Assembly (NCBI GenBank): GCA_004431415.1
Contig: QPMI01000043.1
Span: 124,001-188,000 of the forward strand
Source: Cyanophora paradoxa CCMP329
Lineage: Eukaryota > Plantae > Glaucophyta
Length of the DNA: 64,000 nucleotides
Direction: 5' to 3'
The number at the start of each line of letters is the position of its first letter. The first letter of the stretch is position 1. Made by a program: the position numbers and the translations under genes. The notes below the pieces were generated by a model that saw only the letters and a program-made list of their open reading frames with translations, had not been told where the DNA came from and searched no databases. Positions 21,382-32,200 of this stretch are shown piece after piece.

Positions 21382-21637
21382 TTATATTCCCAGAGAAAAC
21401 GTTTTCTGCTGACAGAGAACTTCTCCTTGGATACTCCTGTTGCTCATATGTATACTCTGTGGGGTCTGCTGGCATTGACTCCACAGAAACTGTAGACCTC
21501 CTTCTCTCTCTTGCTTCTGAGGCATTATCCTCATTATCTGACATCTCAAACTCCACTGTTGTCTCACAACATCCACTGTGGCAATTGCTCACCACATGCA
21601 GACTGAACATCTCGAAGAACTTTCGTATTATGTCCAT
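21365..21637 (-). CDS. Hypothetical protein (~90 aa)
   Basis: Conserved frame in element 2 (54652-54924). Confidence 0.65.
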   Translation of the reverse strand: MDIIRKFFEMFSLHVVSNCHSGCCETTVEFEMSDNEDNASEARERRRSTVSVESMPADPTEYTYEQQEYPRRSSLSAENVFSGNINGGYY

Positions 21638-21659
21638 ATCTCTAATAAAACAGAGATAA

Positions 21660-22394
21660 TTAAAGCCAAACTCGTCTTTTATATACTGTTGGGGCAACTC
21701 CCTTTTCTACTTCAGCTTTGGTGGCACCAGGTTCAATGGTTCCCTTTTGGGTTTTTGTTTTCATTTCATCTACTGCCTGCTCATCGATTTGGTTCTCTTT
21801 CTTAGCAATAAACTGTTTATCTGGGACACCAGTGATTCCCATTTTATAAACTTCCTTTCGAAGCATCTCCTTTAGCTTGGCTCTCTCTTTCTTCTCAGTA
21901 ACATACTGCTCCAAGGCACTTGATTTGGCTTCCAGATCTTTGAGTTTAGCAGTCATCTCATCCCATTGAGCCTTGGGAATTCGATGAATATTTTGAGTGG
22001 GAGCAGTCTTGTATGTGACTTCACCAGCCATAGACTGAATTACCTTGTCTGATTCCTTACTAAGACCCTCACCTTTGCGAGCCAGTGAAAGATCTTGCAA
22101 GCCTAAACCTTTGTCATCAGCAGCCCCAATAATTCGCCTGGCACCCTCAGCAACAGACTTCATCTTTGCTGTCTCAGGGGAAATGTTCAGTTGGTCAGCA
22201 GTTGAACTTTGTGGGGCTTTGTCATCGACTGATTCCTCATAGGCAGCATTTAGGGGGTCCTCTTCTTGCTGTGAGGGCTTTACCTCATTCATACCATTGA
22301 ATTTCAGTGGATCTGTGTTAATGGATCCATTGTTTCCACCACCTGAATAGCCAACAGCCCCAGCTGGAATCCCTATCTTTCGTTTGGGAGGCAT
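21660..22394 (-). CDS. Hypothetical protein, 244 aa
   Basis: Conserved with mostly synonymous changes in element 2 (54947-55681). Confidence 0.8.
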   Translation of the reverse strand: MPPKRKIGIPAGAVGYSGGGNNGSINTDPLKFNGMNEVKPSQQEEDPLNAAYEESVDDKAPQSSTADQLNISPETAKMKSVAEGARRIIGAADDKGLGLQDLSLARKGEGLSKESDKVIQSMAGEVTYKTAPTQNIHRIPKAQWDEMTAKLKDLEAKSSALEQYVTEKKERAKLKEMLRKEVYKMGITGVPDKQFIAKKENQIDEQAVDEMKTKTQKGTIEPGATKAEVEKGVAPTVYKRRVWL

Positions 22395-22422
22395 TGTATC
22401 TTTATTAGAATGAGAGATAATT

Positions 22423-23205
22423 TTATAAACCGCGTTTATATCGCATCAATTTATTGCTATGGACTTGGCTTTTCACTTCTTTGGGGGCTTCCTCTTTTTC
22501 TGGTGGTTTCAGTTCATCCTCTTTCTTTTTTGGCTTCCTGTGGAAGCGAGGAAATGGGAAATCTTTCACAAGCTCAGCTTTATCTACATAGTATTTAACT
22601 GAGTAGTTTGCAGAGGACCAAATGATATATTGATAGGAGTGAACATACTCTTCAAACATCTTGTAGAAATCCTCTTTATTTCGCATTATATTGTATTCTT
22701 CCTCTATGGCTTCAAGTTCTTTGCGATTAGCAGCACTGAGAAACATAGCATAGTCAGAATTGACTCGAATAGTCGAAGAGACTTTTCTTAGCTTTTGTGT
22801 GATGCAGATAATGGATATTTTCGAATGGCGACCTCTGGAATACAGAGATCCGATTATTTTATCCCTTGTGAGATCGACTATCTCATTATCGATTAAATCA
22901 TCTAAAACTACACATAACTGGTTAACAGGTTCACCTTTCTCTATTTTCTCTTGCCTCTCATCTAGCAATTTAGCAATGTAAGGGGCATCCCATTTTCCCA
23001 GTTGCAATGTTGCAACTTTATCCCAGAAATGATTGAAGCTGGTACCACTCACAACTAATACAACATCAATCTTTTTGGCATCATGCAACTGCTTCAACCA
23101 ATACTTTACAGCTTCTGATTTACCAGTTGCTGATTTTCCTATTGCCAATACACGAAATGGTGGTTCTATCATTTCACCAGCCAAAAATTCATCCAAATCA
23201 GTCAT
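22423..23205 (-). CDS. A32/FtsK-HerA-like genome packaging ATPase
   Basis: RVLAIGKSATGKS, CVVLDD, RGRHSKISIICITQ, IRVNSDY. Confidence 0.93.
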   Translation of the reverse strand: MTDLDEFLAGEMIEPPFRVLAIGKSATGKSEAVKYWLKQLHDAKKIDVVLVVSGTSFNHFWDKVATLQLGKWDAPYIAKLLDERQEKIEKGEPVNQLCVVLDDLIDNEIVDLTRDKIIGSLYSRGRHSKISIICITQKLRKVSSTIRVNSDYAMFLSAANRKELEAIEEEYNIMRNKEDFYKMFEEYVHSYQYIIWSSANYSVKYYVDKAELVKDFPFPRFHRKPKKKEDELKPPEKEEAPKEVKSQVHSNKLMRYKRGL

Positions 23206-23264
23206 TGTTGTATATCTTTCTAAATAAAGACAGATAAAAATAATGCAGAGAGACTGAAAATGGT

Positions 23265-24206
23265 TTACAGGTTAGATAAGAATCGTTTAATGCAACCCTC
23301 TATATCTGTTTCAGTATATGGGATTCTTAGGAGTAATATGTTGTTGGCTTCACAGTATCTAGTTTTAATAGCATCATTTAGTTTTCGTTTCTCAAAATCC
23401 TGTTCCCCTCCAAAGTATTCAACAGGTTCAAAGTGTTGTTTTCCATCATATTCAATAGCTATTTTCAATGCAGGCATATAGAAATCGAAAGGGAGAACTC
23501 TTAGAGCCTTGCAGTCCTTGAAAGCATACTCTCTTTCGTACTCTAAGCCAATATTATTGAGGATGGAAGCAATTGCATTCTCTCCTTTAGAAGCTTTGCA
23601 AGCAATGCAGCCACTTCCCATTAAATGTACTCTTGCTTCCTGTTGGAATTCATTCAAGCAAATGTTGCATTTCAATTTGACGATACTAAACTTGTTTTTA
23701 TATTCAACTTGACTATAATCATACTTGTCTCTATGGATGCTCTTTGCTTTTGAGATGAATTCCAAAGTATTGCTCCTCAATTTTGCACCCTTTTCCTGAT
23801 GACCACATTTTCGACAACCTCGACCTCTAAGATGTGAATATGGCTCTTGCTGAAACACATTTCCACAACTCTTACATGTGATTGCTACCTTCACTTTCGC
23901 ATTTTTGTAATTTTGCTTTACCTGTGAATAATCGTACTTGTCACCATGAATTACTTGAGCTTCTTCTATGAACTTCTCGACTGGCTTTACAAATAGGTTA
24001 TGGTAGAGATCACTTTTGCAACTCTTACAACCTCCATTACCCTTTAGATGGTGGTGAGGTAAAGATGTGAAATCTTTCTGGCAAGTGTTACAGGTAACTG
24101 TTAAAACTGTTTTTGCATTTTTGTATTCTGTTTTCGCATACCCAAATTTGTCTCCATACTTACCCTTGCTTCGCTCAATGAAATCTGAAGTTGTAAGAGG
24201 CAGCAT
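23265..24206 (-). CDS. Putative homing-type endonuclease: three Zn-ribbon (DUF723-like) repeats plus C-terminal PD-(D/E)XK/Vsr-like nuclease
   Basis: Repeats FI..A..IHGDKYDYS.V.YKN...V...C..C...F.Q....HL.G.GC..C; LPFDFY..IAIEYDGKQH. Confidence 0.8.
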   Translation of the reverse strand: MLPLTTSDFIERSKGKYGDKFGYAKTEYKNAKTVLTVTCNTCQKDFTSLPHHHLKGNGGCKSCKSDLYHNLFVKPVEKFIEEAQVIHGDKYDYSQVKQNYKNAKVKVAITCKSCGNVFQQEPYSHLRGRGCRKCGHQEKGAKLRSNTLEFISKAKSIHRDKYDYSQVEYKNKFSIVKLKCNICLNEFQQEARVHLMGSGCIACKASKGENAIASILNNIGLEYEREYAFKDCKALRVLPFDFYMPALKIAIEYDGKQHFEPVEYFGGEQDFEKRKLNDAIKTRYCEANNILLLRIPYTETDIEGCIKRFLSNL

Positions 24207-24317
24207 ATTGCTTTTATATTCTAAATGTGACTTCTCTTTAAATGATGAGAAGAAGATAAAAAGAAATCATTTTTTGCAGAACAATGCAGTAAATACATAC
24301 AATCTTTACTGTAGACT

Positions 24318-25684
24318 CTAAAGATTGATACGCCTCAAACCATCTTTGTCGACAATTATGAAACTATGCATTAAAGCGCGAACTTGAACATTGATTGTCT
24401 TATCTGTGGGCATGTAGAGTGTGAGGAATGAAGATGAGGAATTAGTCAGGTCTACAAATCCACTTTGAGCAATATTTCGAATTGCCTTTTCTCCATCAAG
24501 GCAGAATGGGAGTCCTGAAAGGACATATTTATCTGCAACCTTATCCATGTTAGAGCATTTGAAGGCATCAGCAATTAGCTCAGCTCCTTTGAGTAGAGAA
24601 ATTGGCTCAGTGGCAAAAAGTCGCTGTCCATTTATTTCAGTTGTGAATGTTATCTCTTTGGAGTTGGCATAGGTCTTAAGAACACTGTGGGAGCCATTGG
24701 ATTTGTCAACAGTCTCATAATCACGAACTGAAACAAGCAGAGCATAGACAAGACCTGAGATTTGAGAGAGGTTAATTCGATTGGGCTGGGCATTGCCCTT
24801 GGCAGGGAAAGCAATGGCATCTACAAATCCAATATCAAGGGAGGGAATAGCCATGCCAGTAGTCTTTACTTTTTCAATTACAGTAGCGAAAAGCTCATCA
24901 GAAACATTAATAGCATGCATGTAAAGGCGAGGAGAAGTAATTGAAATAGCAGGGGTTGTTGCACCAAGACTGAAAGTGGTGATGTTTTGACCAACATGGG
25001 CAAGTGTAGCATTAGCAGTATCACCAAGACCATCATCTTCTGTCTTATCAGCAGCTGTCCCACCAACAACAGGGAGAGAGCGACCACCATAGGAAGTTTC
25101 AACATAACCCTTTCCAGCATCCTTAAACCAAACAGTAACAACCATTTCACCAGATAAAGCACCAAGGGGAAGGTAGTGATTTAGCCAAGGCACTGGGATT
25201 TCAACGAAAAATGAGCCACCAAGTCGGTTGGTTCCATGAGCAGGGATTCCATGAACCATGCCCATTGAGCGTTTCTTTTTAGCTAGTTGATCCTCCGAAT
25301 AATAGACCAGGGGAAATGAGCAAGGAAATCAGAAGGAATGTGGTAGGTGTAAGATCCATAGGTAATTTCAAGTCGCTGAACTAAAGCACCAACTGGGCGA
25401 GTGTATCCATTGCGAACTAGATCTTCACCAGCAAAAGTGATTTCTGGTAGGTCGAAAGCAAGTTCGAGTTTTCCACAGAAATTGTAGCGAGGTAGCTTGA
25501 AGGAAATGCGATTTCCAACATTATTCTCAAAAGTATTGCTGGGATTCACAACAACTAGAACTGGCTTAGACTTGGATTCGAGACCAAGCATAAGGGAGTT
25601 ATCCAGGAAAAAGGCTTTCGCCTCCTCTGGGGTTGTTAGGGCTTCTTTCAGCGAAAGTCTTTGAAGAGTGGAAGTGATATCCAT
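24318..25684 (-). CDS. Double jelly-roll major capsid protein (~455 aa; one homopolymer frameshift at ~25310)
   Basis: GNRISFKLPR..LELAFDLP..ALVQRLEITYG..FFVEIPVPW..YLPLGAL pattern; position between ATPase and penton; G4 here versus G5 in element 2 restores the frame. Confidence 0.8.
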
Positions 25685-25737
25685 TATATTCTCTTTTATT
25701 ATACTGCAACATAAAAAATCTACCAATGATCCTTAAT

Positions 25738-26748
25738 TTATGCGAAGTTTGTAATAACTGGATAGGAAGGGTGAAGCTGCGACATTCTCATCTTATAGTA
25801 TTCATAAACTGGGTCCCCAGCTGGCTCATCACCATAGCGAATTTCAAAGGTCAGATGAACAGGTTGACCCTCAAAATCAATTGGTTCATTTACAGCATTA
25901 ACAATATCAACCGAGAAAGTGGATAATCCAACCTTTTTGTTATAGTATTTATAAAGTGGATGAGCCTCTGTTGAATTGTAAACAACATGCTCACCATAAT
26001 CTTTGTCAGGGACCACTATTTTGTGAAAGTAACCAGTCAGAAGACCATCCCCACATTGCACCAGATCACCCAGCTCCTTTACTCTCACAAACAAAACACT
26101 GTCCCTGGTCTTCTCAGGCTCAAAAGAAGATATAATGCCATTCACTCGACCACCAGTAAAGATTCCATCAGTGAGAGCATCATAAACTTGTGATTGGATT
26201 GAGGAATTGCCATATCTTCCAGGATCAAGACCAAGCAGTCTAGCTGAACTCAATAGCTTTTGGATTGTTTGTTGGCTTGGGTTCACAGCTACTGAGAAAG
26301 CCAAGTAAAATGGTACTGCTGAGTGGAATATAATTCGTTTCAGTGATTCATCCCATTTGCAGCGAATGGATGGTTGGGGATTTCTGCCTTCGAATTTAGA
26401 GTTAATTACATTCACCAGTTGTTGGTGGCTTTGGATGGGGGTGTTTCGACTTATAATGAATTGTTTCCATTGTTCATAGTCAGCAGCTGGGCGAACTGTT
26501 GGAATTCCTGAGCTTCCAGCTCCAGGAGTTTGTTCAGAATAATAAATGCTAAATGCATTGTCAACTGTCACATCTCCAACTTTGGTTTCACCACTCACCA
26601 TAGGGATGCTGTTATAAAATTCGGCTGATACCAGTCTCACAGCCCTCACATTCTCATAACTACTGGGGAGTCTTGCCACAAAGCTTGATGTGGGACCATC
26701 ACCAGAGATTGTATTAAATGAGCTAACCTCGATGTAATCCACAGGCAT
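25738..26748 (-). CDS. Minor capsid protein (penton) 1
   Basis: IEVSS..SSFVARLP..ENVRAVRLVSAEFYNS...FSVDIVN..NEPIDFEG..HLTFEI single jelly-roll signature. Confidence 0.8.
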   Translation of the reverse strand: MPVDYIEVSSFNTISGDGPTSSFVARLPSSYENVRAVRLVSAEFYNSIPMVSGETKVGDVTVDNAFSIYYSEQTPGAGSSGIPTVRPAADYEQWKQFIISRNTPIQSHQQLVNVINSKFEGRNPQPSIRCKWDESLKRIIFHSAVPFYLAFSVAVNPSQQTIQKLLSSARLLGLDPGRYGNSSIQSQVYDALTDGIFTGGRVNGIISSFEPEKTRDSVLFVRVKELGDLVQCGDGLLTGYFHKIVVPDKDYGEHVVYNSTEAHPLYKYYNKKVGLSTFSVDIVNAVNEPIDFEGQPVHLTFEIRYGDEPAGDPVYEYYKMRMSQLHPSYPVITNFA

Positions 26749-26777
26749 TCTTCTTTTATCTATATTTATATATTAAA

Positions 26778-27710
26778 ATGAATCGACTTGTTAATATTGA
26801 TAGCAGGGATAGAAGCCAAGGACAAAATGAAAACTCTTACAGGGTCACTCTCACAACTCCAGTAGAGAGACCAAGGGAATGTAGGGTTCTCTATGCAGAG
26901 ATTCCAAACAGTATCTATAACAGTGTGGGAACTGATCATCTAACAGTTCAGTTTAATTACCAAGATGGTTCATACAATGAAATCATCACACAGAAAGTGT
27001 ATCCCCTTCCCAGTGGCTACATTAACCAGGGTCATTTTGGGGTAACACACCCTTATAATTATGGGCTGAACTATTCAAGCTTCCAAACCATTGCAGGCAA
27101 AACAGTAGCTTTTGAGTTCAAGATATTCTATAACCCAACTACCTATAAAGTGGAGTTTTACAGTAACCATGAGTTTCGTTTTATTGCAAGCAACCAGAGA
27201 ATAGGGAAGCTTTTGGGTGTGAGTTCTACTGAATACACCAATGGTTATTATAGCACTCCTCCTGCTGGTGGATCTCCCTATCGACCTGAGAACCTTTTAA
27301 AGTATGATGGCAAACCTATTACACCTGATCACCCAGCATGGGGAATCACCTTCTCAGGACCCAGACTCTCCTCAAAGCCCTTGCAATATTATTTTGACAG
27401 CAGGAAGATGTCTGATATGAATGCTGAGCAGTATCTGTACATGCATATTAAAGAGCTGTCCCCCTTTGCCAGCAGACACAATATAATCCCGAAATCGCAA
27501 CCACATAACCAGGGGGCAATCCTTAGACTGCAATTGAGTAAAGATATAGGCGGCTATGTTTACCATAGTGGTGAGCATGCCGAATTCATTCAGATAAATG
27601 ACAGAAACCTGGTGATAAGGGAACTCACTGTGGAGTTTAAAGATTACTTTGGTGAACTGATTGATATGAATGGAATCGACAATTCTTTTCAGTTGGAGTT
27701 TATCGAATAA
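26778..27710 (+). CDS. Minor capsid protein (penton) 2
   Basis: VNIDSRDR..YRVTL..VLYAEIPNSIYN...YLYMHIKEL...LTVEFKDYFGELIDMNGIDNSFQLEF. Confidence 0.85.
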   Translation: MNRLVNIDSRDRSQGQNENSYRVTLTTPVERPRECRVLYAEIPNSIYNSVGTDHLTVQFNYQDGSYNEIITQKVYPLPSGYINQGHFGVTHPYNYGLNYSSFQTIAGKTVAFEFKIFYNPTTYKVEFYSNHEFRFIASNQRIGKLLGVSSTEYTNGYYSTPPAGGSPYRPENLLKYDGKPITPDHPAWGITFSGPRLSSKPLQYYFDSRKMSDMNAEQYLYMHIKELSPFASRHNIIPKSQPHNQGAILRLQLSKDIGGYVYHSGEHAEFIQINDRNLVIRELTVEFKDYFGELIDMNGIDNSFQLEFIE

Positions 27711-29255
27711 AGGCACCTGTAAAGTCCACTCTCATTGTGGGAGCATTCACATACACAAGGGGATAAATGCGAATATACTTGATTCTGAGAGAAAAACCTA
27801 TGTAAAAAGCATCCTTGATGCTGAGAGGAAATCCACTCAATAAAGCAACATCACCTGAGTTGTGAGCATTGTTAATGTTCTCACAGACATATATTTTGTT
27901 CTGCCCATCTGATCGAATAAAAGACCAGTTGATCCCATCAGTGGATGTTGCCACATTGAAAGTCTTAATAAAAGCATTGGTGTCCCCTGAACCATAGGCA
28001 ATAACAGAGGAGAGTTCGAAAGTATATGGGAAAGCAACTTGAAGGTATTCAGTGGGGGTTTCCCATATCTGCTCAGGAGCATAGGCTCCAGCTTCCCAGC
28101 CAAATGCTGAAGGTCTAGCCATGAAAGGCTCTTTACCTGTCACAGAGGATGAGGCAGTGAAGGCATCATCTGCAAGCTGATACCAATTTGCATCCAAAGG
28201 AGGTGATGTAGTGAGAGTGGATGATATGTAAGCCTTTGAAGGGTTCTTTAATTCATAGTTTGCTACTAGAATGCTGCAAAGCTTATTAATCATATCATTG
28301 TTTGCTGCAATGTATGTTTCAGTGAATGCAAGCATGTCTGGGATTTTAGAAGTGTCATCCAGGGAGCTTACTATATGATTTGGAAGTGGGACTGATAGCC
28401 TATAGTATCTCCCATAATCCTGATCATAGTTGTAGGGTAACAACTCCTCCATCTTATCAAGGGCAGAAAGCTCACTTGCAGCCATGAGCATGTTAATCAA
28501 TGGGCTTCCATCTGTTGAGGCAATCCATGAGAGAATGCCCCAGCTGTTGACAGTCTCATAAGCATAACCCACATAATCAGACTCTAAATGTGGGTCCACC
28601 TCTCCACAAGATATACTTATTACTATAATATCATCATCATCACTGTAAATTTTCTTTGCATGGCTGTAACCACACACACTGGGATTATTGTTTCCCGAAA
28701 TGGCACCATCAATTAGACAGACATATACTCCCCGATTGAAATCAACAATGCTTACAGGAGAGAAATATGTAGGAGCAGCAGAAGTAGCCCTAGCAGCAAT
28801 CTTACAAGGCATAAAGTTGTAATTGTTGTCATTTGTGATAAATATTGGTTTCATATTCTGAGTATCAAAGGATGTGATCACAATGTCCTTTAGGGAATCC
28901 TGTATTAGTGATTCACCAGTAACTGAATTGATTGCAGTCTCCAAGGGTCCCACATCATACTTTGTATTAAAAAGGGCATTTTCGATTATATTTCGAGGAT
29001 TTGCGAAAATCAAGGGCAGTTGAGTTAGGTAAATATTGTGTAAATCGTTTGCTGTCAGTTTAGGTTCACCTGGTTTATCAGGATGCCTTATATTCAAACC
29101 TATTGCAATGATCCCACCAGTGGAAGTTCCACTCACAAGATCCACAAGATCGATTATTCTCCTGCCAGTTCGATTTTCGATTTCTTTTAGCAGCCTGGTT
29201 ATGATAATGCCCCTTGCACCTCCCCTGATAAAGACAGGCAGATTTTCAAGGGCAT
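27700..29255 (-). CDS. Patatin-like phospholipase fused to C-terminal F5/8 type C (discoidin) domain; one homopolymer frameshift near the start
   Basis: LSLSGGGARG (after +1 G), GTSTG, ATSAAPTYF, DGA..NNP; C-terminal FTASS..W..EYLQV..STDGINW..YIRIYP..MRVDF. Confidence 0.88.
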
Positions 29256-29298
29256 CTTTTACTTATCAGGAATTTTATAAATCCATATAGTAAAAGCC

Positions 29299-32200
29299 AT
29301 GAGCTTCAATTACCCACCAAATCTAGAAACCATTCAAGATGATAATGCAAGCAGCACCAAGCATGTGAACTTTGATAATATTAAAGTAAAGGGTTCAGTT
29401 TCGATTGACCACAGTTCCGATAATTCATCCAAGACTCAATCAAGGGAGCATGCTTTATCTGTGAATCAAACCGATCCAGATAAGGAGGAAGTTAGTGTTG
29501 CTTTTAGCTTGGGTAATGTGAAAGCAAACCAAGTGGCAGAGATCAAAGCAACAAGAAGGAGACCTAGGAAACTCAAAACCAGTGGCACTCACCCAGATAT
29601 ACCTTCTAGGTTTGATAGTGGTCGATTGATTTTCAATGTTCAAGATGAGCAGGGCAAACAGAACACAGGTTTGCGAATTTACAATGAGGGCAGCACTGCA
29701 AAAGCTGAGGTCCCCCAAGTATTGCAAGTGGGTCCCATTGCCAACACAAATCAGGTCTCCTACACAAATGATGTCTATCCCAAGGATATAACATATGACT
29801 TTGCGAGGAATGAGCCTTTTGGGTTCTTTACTCCAAAAGATGTCCATCAAAAAAAGCCATCAATTACAATCAACAGTAGCCCCAGTCAGCCAGTAGCAAT
29901 CCATTTACATCCTGATCTTGTTGAAATGGATAGGCACCTTTTGCCTTTGTATAGCAATGTGAAAGACCTTGGAATTCGAACCAGGCAATGGCGAAATATC
30001 CATGGCAGCAATGTGTATGCAAATGGTGAGAAGCTTGTAAGTGAGAAGACCATAAGAGAGATCTTTGAGTATTATGGACCTGTCCCAGTTCCCTTCCCTC
30101 TTCCATGGGATCCACCGGATTTAACACCGAAAAAGCAACCAGGCAGAGAGTACACAGCAGATGAGACAGTTGCTTTTGGGCAGCATATTGTTAGTTGGGA
30201 GCAAGTTCGCAATAAACCTATAATTGAACCCAGAAAGCAAATAGATGAGCAGTATTTACCTCCTGAAGTCGATATATTAGAGCTTGATGAATATCAATTC
30301 GTTCCAGATGAGGAAGAATATTTACCAGATGGTTTTGACCCACAAGAATATGAATATGATCAGTTTGACCCCAATGAGGAGGAGATACTACCAGATGGCT
30401 TAGATCCCCAAGAGTTTGAGTATGAGCAGAACTATGAACCTGATGAGGAGTATTTGCCAGATGGGCATGATCCACCAGCTGTTGATTATGAGCAACCTTA
30501 TGAACCCCATGAGGAATTATTACCAGATGGATTTCGACCTGAGATCTGGGAGTTCTTTCCTGATTATGAACAAATTAATAATAAACCTGCAAAGTATCCC
30601 CCAGAGGATCACAATCATGACTGGGATGAGATCTTAGGCAAACCACAGAAATACCCACCAGAAGACCACAGGCATGATTGGGGTGATATTGATGGGATTC
30701 CAGATAAGTTTGCAGCAAGCAACCATGAACACACCTGGGATGAGATCAATGACCAACCAGAATTTGCAAAAGTTGAGCCTCTTGCTACTCTGGGAGTTTC
30801 TCTTTACCAGACTTGCAATGTCCCTGAAAGGATCTTTTTGAATCACCACTATGTTCATGTGAATGGGACACTTGCGAATTCAGCTATGAGAGGACCACTT
30901 CATATTAGGACATTACCAGGCTCTTATAATCCACCACCTGAACCAGGAGCAACCATACCAAATATCTTTGTGTCAAGCTACATGGAGGCTGACATTCCCA
31001 CAGATACATTCAGAGTCCCAACAGACCCAGCAACCTACCAAAATTACAACTCTGCTATACAGGTTCATGTAGCAGATGTAAGCAGCTTAGATGGCTCAAG
31101 ACCAATGATAGTATTCAGTCGAGATAAATACTCCTACATTCCCATAGTGGGAACTGCAAATGATAACTATGGGAGGGCAGAGCTTGCATGGATTAAAACA
31201 GATTATGGTGGGGTTCTGGAAGCTAATCAGAGGATGGCTGCAAAAAACATACACAATGAGAGCATTTCGAGAGTAGTCACAGAGGATTACCTTACTGCTG
31301 TTGTTCTTGTGAATATAGTCACCCTTGCTATGCTCGCAAATTATGTAACTAAAAATGAACTTGCAGCCGAATTATCCAAGTATCTTCCACTTGTTGGTGG
31401 GACAATCACAGGAGACCTTACGGTAAATAGTAATATTTACAGTAGCAATATAGAGACGAGTAATTTAAAAGTGAATGGAAATCTTACAGTGACAAGTAAT
31501 ATTTTTATTGGAGATAGAAATACAAAAGTCGATGTCTTTTATAACACACCATATTACCCTGTTACATCAAATACAGATCCGGCATTTACAATTCCGAATT
31601 GTGTAATGGCAGCTAAACCATCAGGTTATGCCGATCTTGAAAATGCATACGCAAAACCAATCGGCAACCGATCCACATTAGCAATTCCATTCATTCCAAA
31701 TTTGTATGCTTTGACAGGAAGTTCACCCAATACATCATACTTTAAGATAAGTCCTTTATTGAACAATCAAATCACTTTAAATTCTGGTTCGGGAAGTGTT
31801 GGTTTGACCACAAATAGAACAGATACCGTGGATTGGAGTAATGGGTTAACATTCTTCTATGTGGGTAATGTGAGATCTGATTCATACACAAATGGAGTAT
31901 TTTATGTTGCTGATGAAGGAGTGTTTGAAGTTAACTATGGAACTTTTATAGATTGGACAGTAAGCCCCCCTGTTTGCAAATGGGGCATGAATAGATATAT
32001 TAACACAGCAGCTGGAATAAACATGCAATATGGAACCCCAACATATAATGACCTTCCACATGTCCATATGCCTTATGAAGAATACGCAAATTATAAACAT
32101 GCATACTGGGACACCACTGTGACTTCCGAAAGTATATCATATTCAATGAACGGGAAGCATTTAGGAACAGTAGCTGGAAACTGGCTTCCGCCATCAACAT

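Noticed and set aside
25283-25320. Programmed frameshift splitting the MCP in both elements
   Set aside because: The breaks are at different positions (G4 vs G5 at ~25310; GG vs GGG at ~58442) and each element is intact where the other is broken: homopolymer sequencing errors.
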